In this document: piece after piece, positions 1-13,300 of the stretch | How the letters are laid out: the number at the start of each line of letters is the position of its first letter | Numbering within the stretch: the first letter of the stretch is position 1 | Origin: Chara braunii | Taxonomy: Eukaryota; Plantae; Charophyceae | Direction of reading: 5' to 3' | NCBI GenBank assembly: GCA_003427395.1 | Contig: BFEA01000039.1 | Span: 1,852,779-1,916,778, forward strand | Length of the DNA: 64,000 bases | Notes under the pieces: generated by a model | What the model was told of the DNA's origin: nothing | Seen by the model: the letters and a program-made list of their open reading frames with translations, nothing else | The model's database searches: none | Made by a program: the position numbers and the translations under genes

Positions 1-1772
1 ACAACGAATTCACACGTTCCCATTCACGCATGCAATTGTATAGTAGACTCGAAGGAGGCAAATCCACACAAAACCGAAGAGAAGATATGCACAGCGGAAG
101 CTCAAAGTACACAGAGAATTGAAAAACGAATTTCAATTCTGGAATCCCTCGTCCTCCTCCAATCAATCCAAACTTCCAAAGTACTTGTTCCAAGAATCTC
201 AACCACGTCATCAACATCCACGGACCAATTATTTATAAAGTTTCATTGAAGTATCAGGGAGTCTTCTTCTTCCACCCTCCTGTTTTCAGGCTCTAGCTAT
301 AGCGCCCCAGCTCCCAACCCATCCGCCTGCAAAGCGCCAGAACACCCGAGAAGACCCCAGTGCTCAGTCAGCAACCACTCACAACTCGTTCTGCCGAGGT
401 AACGCTCAGCCAGCAGGGAGCTCCAGCTCCCAAGAGGAAGAAGAAGGATGTGCACTTCAATGAAGATGAAGACCTCTGCCACTTCGAAGAAGGTAAGTCA
501 AAGCTTCTTTGATGGCAGCTATCAAACCCCCAACAACACACGATAGAGGAACCTCTCTTACAGCGCATGGGCATCAGTTACAGCGCATGGGGCCTGATGC
601 CCTGCACTGCCACCCAGGATGCTGGAAGGCCTCAGCTATGGCCGCCAGCCAACCACCATGAAGAGCTGCCCTGCTTGGAAAGTAATGCAGCTGCTGAAGA
701 GTACTTCCCGTTTTTCACTTCCCAGTGAAAAGAAAAAAATGACCAGCCAAAAGCCCACACAGCTTTGCCCTCTGGCCTTTAGCAGATTCTACACGGACCC
801 AACAGCCTTAGGAGCTACCCCCGGCTGCTGTGACCTACAAGGGACAGACCAGCAGCTAGTCTACAATGCTCCTGTACCTAGACTGAAAAATGGCCTAAGG
901 ACGGACAGCACCTAAAGGAAAATAAAAGTAACGGCTGTGCTCAGCCCTAATAAGGGACAGGGCCTGGGATCAAGTCCTGGCAAATCCAAAACAAGGAAAA
1001 AAAATGTCAAACAAAGGGCCAGGGATCGAATCCCGGCTGAACCAAAATGCAGAAAAACAAACAGACAGCAAGGCCAGGGATCGATTCCTGGCAGGAACGC
1101 AATCAAAACAAACACACCAAACTAGGAGGTTAGTCTACATCCTGCTACATGTGCAAATTCATTCTGGAGCATGCTGACTCTTTCAAGAGTGCGGAGTGGT
1201 GATGGGAAACAAGTGGATTCATGAGGCTTGTCCGTTATGTTCTTGTGAGGTTTGTGAAAAGTATGGGTTTTGCTCTTAGAGTCTGAGAAAGTGCTTATTG
1301 CTTGCGATGGTCACTCAGTCTCGGGTTTGGAGTCTTTGGACAGAATTGACTGAGCTAGAAGAGTTTTTGAAGTTGACTTTAAAAATAATGTTGTAGCATT
1401 GTTCTGCAAAAACAAAATTGCATCTGCTTATGGGATGCAGGGTTCATAGATGCCGCAAGTTACTTTTGGTTTGCGATCTTGGTTTCAAAAAACTGCAGCC
1501 AGAAATTGCATCGACTTGTATCCTACTTTTCAGAATGGACAAGAGTTGTACAAGTTGGGAAAAGTATGTAATGTTTTTTTTTGGCAGTTGCCAGTTAGTA
1601 AATACTAAATTAGTTAAAATTACTGTAAAGAGTCTAATGAGTCGGTAATGACAGAATTATGTAAAAGAAAAGAGGAGGAAAAAGAATTATGCTATCACCC
1701 TATCAGATAGTTGATGGACTTGAGAATGATGCTTGAGGATGCTCTATGAACTTGTTACTGTGGCATGAACAG

Positions 1773-1887
1773 CTGGCAGAGTCGATCCTTGATTTTGGTG
1801 AAGGAATTCGAGTCTTTGGCATGAACAAAGGGGAGACAATCTCTCTTTTCTCAGAGAATTCCCACAGATGGCTTATTGCTGATCAAG
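1773..1887 (+). CDS. AAE exon ([38 protein letters not shown])
   Basis: AG at 1771-1772, GT at 1888; conserved SENS.RW..ADQ. Confidence 0.9.
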
Positions 1888-4800
1888 GTCAGACTTTTCC
1901 ACACCCCTCTTTTTCCTTCTTGTCGTGAGATAATTCCTTATCCTCTTTTTTCCTTCTTATCTTCTTGTTTTATGTTTTGTTTGGATTCCTAAAGGCACTC
2001 CTCAGCGAAAGTCTACCAACAAGCGAAAGTCTACCAACAAAGATGCTATGGCCCTCCTGATGTCAGTCTCTCAAGTCCTTTTTTTTCCTAAAAGGGGGAC
2101 AACCGTGTGATACCATCTTTGGCTGACGGGCCCTAGATAAATTCAGATTTATTTTAACTCATCTGATTGCGCTGGAGTTCTAACTCAGGTCTGCATTTGA
2201 ACAGTTTGTGGGTGTACCAACTGAGCTAGGCCAGGTGGTCTCTAACTTGTTTTCAACTTTTCACCTATTTTAGACTCCGCTTCCTTCTCCCCACCCTCCC
2301 CCTTCCCCTAACCCCTACCACAAAACCACATGATGAAGGCTCAACCGCGCTTTAGGCGTAGCATCAAAGGTTGTGCCTCCTATTCTTTCGGCACGAAGGG
2401 GTAAAGAGGGAACATGGAGGTGGGAAGAGGAGGGATGGGATGGAGGGGGAGGAGGAGATCTATGGTGGAGAAGTGCTTAACGAAAGGTCCTGCCCTGTAT
2501 AACAAGCACACAAAAAAAAAGAATTATGCTCCTATAGAATGCTGCGGAATTCTTTTTTTTTCTTTGTGCGGGCTTTATTCGATTGATCTCAATATCTCAA
2601 ACTGTCTTTGTGCATAAAAGACAAATATGATTGGATATTTTTCATAAATTTGAATTCTAAGATTGGCATGCTAAGAAATTTGCTGGAGGAGTTATGAAAA
2701 GACAATGTTTGAATGAAAAATAAGAGCGAAATGGAGAAAACTGTTAGGAAAAAACTAATAAACTTTAAATATGGATTTTTGGAATGTTTGTAGGGGCAAT
2801 GGTTGCAGGAGTGATTGATGCTGTGCGTGGAGCGAAGGCCCCTCCACAAGAGCTCGCCCATATTTTTTGCCATTCTGACAGGTAGGTAGGCAATGATATA
2901 CCTGCCCCTCTTAATTCGATCCAATAGCCGACCAAGATTGTAATGTCGAACGCTTTTGAAATGAACTCATAAATACGATAACTTTTAAATTTCAATGTTT
3001 GTAGGGATACTTTACTACGAGCCAAAATGAACTCTGGAGCCAGGGAGAGTGATGACCTCTCCCTTTTTTCGAATCATGTTGTGAGTTTTTTTTTGGATGG
3101 TTGAACCTATGCCATTAAAAGGAATTATGAAGTTGGGTAATGGCCCCAGTTTCTCAATTTGTTCTCAGTATTTTCATAAGGGAGACTGGGCACATTTGTT
3201 GCTCCCCACAAATAGATTGGACCATGCTTTTTTGTGAAAAAAGGCCACTTTTATTGACTCCCATTGGTTCTATGTTGTACGAGTATATGAATTTTGGAGT
3301 TGGGTATGAAAATAACCTCGCTGCGTTTCAAGTCACAAACTCTGAAAGTTAGATGGCACCCCAAAATATGTTTCAGAGTGTGATATTCAATGCTTGTTGC
3401 CATGTACATTGTTTAATACTCAATACATATTGCAATGTGAAACATACAGTGTGATATCCAATATTTGTTACTTTGTGCTCAGTTTGATAGTCAATACATG
3501 CTTCTTGGTGTAATATTCTATACTTGTTGTTGTGTACATAATTGAATGCTCAACACATATTGTAGTGTGCATTGTACATACTGTGATAAAGCATACATAA
3601 TGTGATATTCCATACTCATTACTATGTACATAGTTTGATACTGAATACTTAATGCCATGTACATAGTTTGATACACAATATATATTATAGTGTGATATTC
3701 AATACTTGTATGCTTGTACATAGTTTGATGCTCACTACATGCTCACAATGTGATATTCATTTGATAGACATTACTATGTACATAGTTTGATACTTAATAC
3801 ATGCAAGTATTGAATATCACATTGTGAAGCATGCATTGAGTATCAAACTATACAAAGTAACAAGTATTGAATACCACAATATGTTTAAGAATCAACTTAT
3901 GTACATAGGAACAAGTACTGAATATCATATAGCAACAAGTATTGAATATCACACTATGTAGTATGTATGCTTTATCAAACTATGTACACTTCACAATGCA
4001 ATATATATTAAGTAGCAAACTATGCATAATAACATATAGTATTAAGTAACAAGTACTAAATATTACACTATGTATGCTTCACACTACAATATGTATTCAT
4101 TATCAAACTATGTATACAATAACAACTATTGAATATTATGTATGTTTCACACTGCAATATGTATTGAGTACATAGTATTAAGTATTGGGTGTCAAACTAT
4201 GTAGGTAGTAACTATGTATGCTTCACACTGCAATATGTATTGTTTGGTACTCAATACATATTGCAGTATGAAGCATACATAGTTCGATACTGAATACATA
4301 TTGTCGTGCGAAGAATGGGTAGTGTGATATTTAGTAGTTGTTGCTATGTACATAGTTTGATATTGAGTACTTAATACTATGTATATAGTTTGATACTCGA
4401 TACATATTGCATATAATTGCAATATGAAGCATATATAGTTCGATACTCAATATTTAATACTATGTATATAGTTTGATACTCAATACATATTGGAGTGTGA
4501 AGCATACCTATTGTGATAAAGCATACATAGTGTGATCTTCAGTACTTGTTACTATGTAGACAATTTGATACTCAATATTATTTTTATAGTTTGATACTTA
4601 ATACATATCGCAGTGTGAAGCATACATAGTGTGATATTTAGTTTGATACTTGATGTTTTATATTAGATACATAGTTTTATAGTCAATATCTGCTCCACAC
4701 TGCAAAGCGTACATATTACATACTGCATGCATAACGGGTCCATCCTTTTTTTTTTTTTTTTTAACAGGAAATGTTTGGCTCCTTCTATTATGGGGAACAT

Positions 4801-7800
4801 CAACCCGGATACTATTCCACCGACAAGCAAAATAATTCAATACAACTTGTACCCATGCTTCCCCACGTTACGGCCAAAAGGAACCCTGGCAGCATTGGTG
4901 GAAGCCTAGATATATTTAATACATATTAACGGACATTTCATTAAAACTGACATTTTTTTATGAAATCATGAAATTGAATTCATTAAGAATTGACTAGATT
5001 TTTTGTGTAAAATTGTGACTTCCTCTTTGTATAGAGTGAGGGTAGACATCACACAAAAAATCTAATTAATTTTCATTAAATTCAGTTCCGTGATTTTACA
5101 AAAAAATGTCAGTTTTAAGTTTTAACAACATGTATGTTTATTGCAGTGTGAACCTTACATAGTGTGACATTCAATACTTATTATGTACATAGTTTGATAT
5201 TCAATGCATGCAAGTATTGAATTTACTATGATATTCAATACTTGTTACTATATACGTAGTCTAATACTCAATACATGCAAGTATTGAAGTTACTATGTAC
5301 ATAGTGTGATACTCAATACATGCAACTTGATGCAAGTATTGCATGCAAGTATTGAATTTACTATGATATTCAATACTTGTTACTATATACGTAGTCTAAT
5401 ACTCAATACATGCAAGTATTGAAGTTACTATGTACATAGTGTGATACTCAATACATGCAACTTGATGCAAGTATTGCATGCAAGTATTGAATTTACTATG
5501 ATATTCAATACTTGTTACTATATACGTAGTCTAATACTCAATACATGCAAGTATTGAAGTTACTATGTACATAGTGTGATACTCAATACATGCAACTTGA
5601 TGCAAGTATTGAAGTTACTATGTACATAGTATGATACTCGATATATGCAAGTATTGAATATTAGATTGTGAAGCATGTATTGAGTATCGAACTATGTGCA
5701 AAGTCACAAGTATTGAATGTCACACTATGTATGCTTTACACTGCAATATTGTTGAGTATCAAACTATGTAGATACTAGATAGTATTGAGGATTGAGTATC
5801 AAACTGTGTACTTTTATGCTTCACACTACAATATGTATTGAGTACCTAACTATGTATTTAGTATTACGTATTAAATATCAAACTATGTACATAGTAACAA
5901 GTACTGAATATCAAACTATGCATGCTTCACACTACAAAATGTATCGAGTATCAAACTATGTAGGCTTCAAATTAGGATCTGTCATGCGTGCTGGTTAGTG
6001 ACCCTCCTATTCTTTTTGAAACGGGGTAGTCCCTCACATTTTTGCATCGGACGATGTCAGGATTCGAACTCATGATCATTGACGTGTGTTTACTGTACCA
6101 TTCAATCTTTTTCTAACCCTGACATTATTGTGTCCAACTCCATCAGGATTTGAACTCTTGGTCTTTTGATTGGCAATTACATGTGTGAACCATTCACCCA
6201 CACGAGCTGAGTCACATCACTCAATTTGTGTTTTTTAGGGTGTAAAGTTCTGTAAACCTTTCTTTCTTAACCTTCTTGCTCTTCATCTTTACCAGTTCAA
6301 ACTTACTTCAAACCTAGTTCAAACGTCACTTAAATTTGTGTCAGTAGAAGCTAAACATTTTTTTGTCTCTTCAACATTATTCTCTCTTCTCGTCCTCTGT
6401 TGTCATCCTCTCTCTTTTCCAGTTCAGCCATGGTTCTTGAAAATGAGGAGCTTCTAGAAAAACTGTTACCACATCTAGAGAGCAAGGGTTCCCCAAACGT
6501 CAAATTTGCGGTGGTACTGAAAGGTGACGACGTTCGGGAGGAAATCAGAGCCAAAACACCATTCCCAATTCATACCTATGCCGAAATTATTGCAGCTGGT
6601 CATGCAAGCAGGCAAGCATTGGCTGTTACAAACAGAGCAGGTGGGTGATATCAGGCACTCTGCAGCTGAACTTCCACCTGTCCAAAAACAAAAGAAAAAG
6701 AAAAAAAAAGAACTTGCACCTATCCACTACGGTTATGTACGTGTGGACTGCATGAATTGAGCTGTCATTCCATTTTTTTGCTTTCTTTTTTCCAAAGAAA
6801 CGGGTTCTTATGGGCCCAGCTCTAGAGTCTAGATTGATTCTGGGAAGCATTGGTCTGGTTCCTATTCCCTCAGCAAGTCAGAAAGATACATAATATAGTA
6901 CATACATTCTACTTGTACTGTCACAAGTATTACATAAGTCCCAAGTCTCCAATTAAGTGGGGCTTGAAAAGAGTGGAAAAGGCTCGCAAGCTATTCATAC
7001 TCACTGTTTAGCAGTGTTTACGCTTCTCCACGTTACTGCTTGGGGAGCCCTGACAGCATTGAGTGCTTCATTCAGTAGGACCAGCTGTCAGTCTAGCCCA
7101 TGCTTGACGCAACCCCCCTCCCCCTACAGAAAGAAACACCCATAAAACACAGCCTAAAAAATCAGTCGGAGTTGTCCCTCTCAGTCCACAAATGCAGACT
7201 GCCTGAAATCTCAGTCTATCCTTGAACGATCTGAAAAGAAAGTATGAAAAATCCGCCAAAAACAACACCACGCTTCTCCACGTTACGGCTCTCCACGTTA
7301 CGGCTCGGGGAGCCCTGACAGCATTGAGTGCTTCATTCAGTAGGACCAGCTGTCAGTCTAGCCCATCCTTGACGCAAACCCCCTCCCCGTACAGAAAGAA
7401 ACACCCATAAAACACAGCCTCAAAAATCGGTCGGAGTTGTCCCTCTCAGTCCACAAATGCAGACTGCCTGAAATCTCAGTCTATCCTTGAACTATCTGAA
7501 AAGAAAGTATGAAAAATCCGCCAAAAACAACACCCCCTTTTAACCACCTGTGTGCAGATGATGCCCCATAGCTGCTTCCTTTCTGATGGAGCTTTGACGT
7601 TTTTGGGCAACCCTTTCCAAGCTGGTACCGTCTGCTGTGGCGTTTGCTGTTCTTGTAGCTGGTCTGAGTGGTTTCTGCCGTTTCCCTTTTCCGGGTTTCA
7701 ATTCCCTGGTCTTCTTCTTTTTTTTTTTTTTAATTAGTTTTCCCTTCCCTGCTTGTGGCCTCCTCCAGGTGAAGCTTCCCAACCTACTCCGCTTGGACTT

Positions 7801-10290
7801 GTCCAGGGCTGAGGGAGCTCCTTTGTTGCTGTGGTCCTGCCCCTTCACTGCTCACCATCTTAAATATTCTTCGTGTTCAGGCTTTCCTGTGTCTCTCTGC
7901 TGCTCTATCCGACTCCAGTTTCTGAACTTTAAACCACCAGTACTAATTCCGCCATTAACGTGCTTGGAAGCGCTGGGATGAACGGAAAAGTCCGACATGA
8001 GTTTCTAGACTTTGCTCGGTGGCACGGAATACCGACGGTGAGAACAAAACAGATTGTGCGAGGATGCATGCATGCATGCAAGTATGCAGCATCTGTAACT
8101 AACCGGTAGGCCCAGCCCGCGAGTTAGTTGCAGGTACTGGGCCTGCGTACTCTTCCGGAAGGGCCCGGGCGCAGGAAACTGGGACAGGGCGCAGCCTGGG
8201 GACGGCCTCTCCAGGGTCTCCAGCGAGCACAAAAGAGCGGAGGCCGCCCAGACTTGCACATTCGAGCATTGTGCCAATGCGGCAACGCTGCTGTAGCAGT
8301 AGCTGAGCGCGGTGCCCATGGGAAGCTGATGCGGTGGCACCAAGGAAGACGAGAGAGAGCACCAGCCGTAGCCAAGCTGTGTGCTCCATTGCTGGAGGGT
8401 GGAAGTTGCGGAGGTCCTTGGTGGAAGAGGGGAGAAGGGCAGAGAAGGGAGGTGATGAGAACGAGGCTCGTACCTGGTTTTGACGAACACAGACTGTTTG
8501 ATCAGAGTCTTCAAGCGGCATTGGACGTGTGACATGTGGACAGATCGCTGACATGTAGATCGGCTAGACATATAGGAGATGGGAAGTAGATTAGGCATTC
8601 AGGATGCCGATAGGAGGTGTACATTGCTGTTGCTTCGCTTTGGTTGCTGCTTTCATTTTGGCTCAATTGTGTCTGGTCTTCTGTGAGATGTGACAATCTG
8701 GTTTATCATCGCTCTCATTGCTTACTTGCTTGCAAAAGAATGTACCTGCCTGTGGCTGTATGGTACACACCTAACTATTGACCAAACAGGTCAAGAGTTC
8801 AAATCCTAGACAATGAAATACTCCCCTTTTAAAAAAAAAAAAGTAAAAAAAAATTGGAATAACGAAGGAATGCAAAGGTGCAGAATGCTGCAGTTTGGAC
8901 TGCACTGCTGCAGCATAACAAACGTACCTCTCCCCTCCACATGTCGTTTTCCGAGCAAAAGGTTCAGCCTGCATCCTCCCTACGCTAGCTTGTCTACCTC
9001 TGCCAAGATAGATAAGTAAATAATAAGTATTGCAACTCTTATCTTAGAAGTGCCTGCAAGATTGGGGCTGTATCTCTGAAGGTGAATGATAGGCACAGAC
9101 ATCCAAGGATGCATTCCTGCTGTGCATATATTGGGCTGGCTTCCTGTGCATTACCAGAGTGCCAAGTTATCGACCCATTTTTCCGCTCCCCGTGAGCCCA
9201 GTGCGGTTATAACTTACAAGACACTTAAATCCCAGCAGGGGTTCTGACTGTCAAAATTGCTTCCAAGTTCCAAGTCTAGGTATCTTATAAAGGGCAGGGG
9301 AAAGGTAAAAGGGCCTTTACGAACTAGACCCCAATGAACGCCCCAACAGCGAGGGGTCCTGTCGGCCAGAACTTAAATTCACGAGCAGCAACCCAAAAGA
9401 CAAGTTCCCTGAGGCATATGTCGCATCCAGAATGAGATGAAAAGTCGTTTTGAAAAGTCACAAACAGGTCCTGAACGAACAGGTATTGGACACAGTCTTC
9501 AAGACTGAGTTAAGGTCATGTCTCCTCGATGAAAAGTCATGTCTGTTCGGCAATGAGTCAAAGACCGCAGTCCCAGTCCAGTCATAATCCCACGAGTCAG
9601 TCCTGATTCAGACCAGGAGTCCAAAAGACAGGCCGGATGGCCCAAAGCAGCAGCAGACCATGGGAAAAGATACTGGGACACACACTTTGCAGCAAAAGGT
9701 ACGGGGCAGGAGTCCCAGGCACACTTGAGGCTGAACGCAGGCCACGCCAGACCAGTCCAGCACTATAAAGGACTGGCCAGCCTCCCATTTGGCAGATGCT
9801 CACTTCGCATGAGAGTGTGGAAGTGCCGTGGCACTTGTGCGCTAGATGTGCGTGGGCTGCGCTAGGCTGTGAGCAGCGCTACATGAGAGGAAGAGAAGAA
9901 GGGCGCTGGCTGGAAGGAAGGCAGCCATAGCTGCACCAGTGCTAGTTAGTATATTAGTAGGGATAGCTAGTAGAAGACACCAGTGTGTGGTATTTGGAGT
10001 AGATCCTTGTGTGATAGGGAGCGTACATGCATGATGAGTGGGAGTAGACCAGGACAGTAGACATAGAGGGAGAGAGAGAAGAAAGCTGACGAGAGAGGCT
10101 AAGGTGTGAGCTATGGTGACACTTACCTGTTGAGCGCTGTTGTTGACGTTTGGCAGCTGGCGCTGATGAGCGCCAGGCCTGGAACTCATGTTGATTGAAG
10201 AAGACTTGTAACTCTGTTCGGCGCTGAATATTTTGGACTCACGAAGTCCCCTCTTTAATCTGGGTTTGATAATTTCGCCCATTGTCCAAG

Positions 10291-10355
<65 letters not shown>

Positions 10356-13300
10356 GAAAAGACCAGCTAAGCATCATCGGCTTGGTCAGCCTTTACCTAA
10401 CCAACTACCTATTACTATGCGGGCTCATCAAACAGCACTAAAAGCTTTGACTATTGAGTTGAGCTTCCTGGTTCTCATTTATTTTCTATTGGGCTTTGTG
10501 TGAGACATTGCAATCTGTGAAATCTGTGTACATGCATGTGATTTGATGCACTCCAGCAAGTGATGAACCGTCGGGTACATCCAAGGATGCATTCCTGCTG
10601 TGCATATATTGGGCTGCCTTCCTGTGGATTACCAGAGTGCCAAGTTATCGACCCATTTTTCCATTCTCCGTGAGCCCAGTGCGCTTATAACTTACAAGAC
10701 TCTTAAATCCCAGCAGGGATTCTGACTGTCAAAATTGCTTCCAAGTTCCAAGTCTAGGTATCTTATAAAGGGCAGGGGAAAGGAGAGATGGGCTGAGAGT
10801 AACTTGAGACTCTTGAGAGTGACTTGATACACTGGTAAAGCACAGGAATCCAGCCCAATAAGCACAGCAGGAATGTGTCCTCGGATGTCTGCTCCTCGTA
10901 ATTCACCTTCAGAGGTACATCCCCAATCCTGCAGGCACTTCTAAGATAGAGCTGGATTCCAAATGAATTATTTTTGTGGTTCCCGTCCGTTATTTCTGTC
11001 CTTCGAAAACACTTGGTTAGTCCAACTGGGAACAGCAGCCAGGATCAGACTCTGCCACAGCCAGACGGAATCTAACTGGTGACCTCGGCTGTATAAGCCG
11101 GATGCGTTTACCGCTGCAACTGTGACCCGGTGTTCAAAAAACTTTTTTTTTTTTTTTTTTTTATACAAACAGGGCCTTATGGTCCTGGCTCCTTCTATTC
11201 TGGGGAGCGTCAGTCCGGTTCCTATTCCACCGGCAAGTCAAAATACAATACAACCACTCACTCACGCTTCCTTCCGTTCGGCCGAAGGAACCCTGGACAG
11301 CATTGATTACTCCACCTTGGTGGAGGATTGACTGCCAGCTTGCCACCCCCCTCTCTTCCCTCTCAGACCTACTGTCCAGGTCTGCCAGATATTTCNNNNN
11401 NNNNNNNNNNNNNNNNNNNNNNNNNNNNNNNNNNNNNNNNNNNNNNNNNNNNNNNNNNNNNNNNNNNNNNNNNNNNNNNNNNNNNNNNNNNNNNNNNNNN
11501 NNNNNNNNNNNNNNNNNNNNNNNNNNNNNNNNNNNNNNNNNNNNNNNNNNNNNNNNNNNNNNNNNNNNNNNNNNNNNNNNNNNNNNNNNNNNNNNNNNNN
11601 NNNNNNNNNNNNNNNNNNNNNNNNNNNNNNNNNNNNNNNNNNNNNNNNNNNNNNNNNNNNNNNNNNNNNNNNNNNNNNNNNNNNNNNNNNNNNNNNNNNN
11701 NNNNNNNNNNNNNNNNNNNNNNNNNNNNNNNNNNNNNNNNNNNNNNNNNNNNNNNNNNNNNNNNNNNNNNNNNNNNNNNNNNNNNNNNNNNNNNNNNNNN
11801 NNNNNNNNNNNNNNNNNNNNNNNNNNNNNNNNNNNNNNNNNNNNNNNNNNNNNNNNNNNNNNNNNNNNNNNNNNNNNNNNNNNNNNNNNNNNNNNNNNNN
11901 NNNNNNNNNNNNNNNNNNNNNNNNNNNNNNNNNNNNNNNNNNNNNNNNNNNNNNNNNNNNNNNNNNTGTTTTGCTCCTTTCACTATGGAAACCAATCATC
12001 ATGACTCTACGTTGTATAAGCATGTCTCTGGACGAAGATTGGTTCCTTGGCCGTACCAGGCATCTTGCATGCATACTCGTTGCACACATTGTCGGATTTC
12101 AAACTCTGACCACTAGGACTGTTTCTTCTTTCCTGCTTCCAAAGTGGCTTGCTCGCAATTTTCACTCTTTTTTTTTTTTTTTTTTTTATAAATAAAGCAG
12201 TGCGATTCTCACTCTTTTCATCCTTTGGAACAGACAATTCTCAAGCTCCATCCGTGAGACCTGATGATGTGGCTACACTTGTTTATACCTCTGGTACAAC
12301 TGGTAACCCAAAAGGAGTCATGCTCACACATGAGAACTTGCTCCACCAGGTAGGCATTGTTCTTCTGCCTCTCCATTGCATTGTGCTACTTACGATTTAC
12401 GATTTTGCTATTTAGTACTTACGTTTTATGGATAATTTACCACTATTTGGTATTTACAGTTAACTACTATTGAGGTTTATCTTGATGCAACCCCCCTGTA
12501 GCACAATGGTTTGAAGTTTGAACCCGTCGTGTCTTCATCAGCAGTTATGGCGATTGTGTAGTACTGTGTACCATTTGCTAACTTCAACTAAGTCCCCCCG
12601 ACTCCGAAGAATCTACGTCTAGACCTACAGTGAACATGTGATGCCTTTCTCCATGAATTTTCTCCATGGTATGGACTGTACCTTCGACTTTCCTGACGGC
12701 TTACCCTACGGCGCTTGTGATGCCATTTGCACAAGCACTAAGAGGTGGCAAAAGTTGCTTCGCGTCCAGAGGGAGATCTATTGGAAACATACGATATCTG
12801 ACAGCTACATGTAGGTACAACAATTATTGGACTCAGGGTCTCGCAAGCTTAATAATGGAGATAAACAATGCTGACAGCTCACGAATGTGACTTGACTTGG
12901 CAGTGGAATAGGAACCGGAGTGACGCTCGGACCCCGAGGGAGCCAGTCGTGTTTCTTTTCCTGTATGAAATTATGAATCTGTACCAACAACAACAAAAAA
13001 AAAGGACGACAGTCTTAAGATATCATCGTGAAACTGACCAGCCCTAGGTAATTCAGGAATTTCGTTCATCTCTGGTTCCAGCGGGATTCGAACTCACGTC
13101 TGCATTTTAAGTTTTAACTTTAAGTTTTAACAGTTTATGGGTATACCAACTGAGCTAAGCCCGTTGGTAATACTATACGGAAAAATAAAAAAAGTAAAAA
13201 AAGTGTAAAAAACTAGTCTGAGCCTGGAATTTTTCCTGACTGATTTGGACCATCCCAGAGAAAGTCAATACTCAGCCTCTCGATCTGAGCGGAAATGCAA

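Noticed and set aside
10157-10200. Hammerhead at CTGATGA (10164)
   Set aside because: It forms only a simple hairpin CTGGCGCT/AGCGCCAG, with no stem II-GAAA arrangement.
10274-10448. Bacterial 16S contamination or a functional rRNA gene
   Set aside because: A short fragment with plant-mitochondrial signatures embedded in nuclear repeat sequence.
11303-12116. Long ORFs across N runs (also 28674-29145 and 34246-35638)
   Set aside because: They are open only because of assembly gaps.
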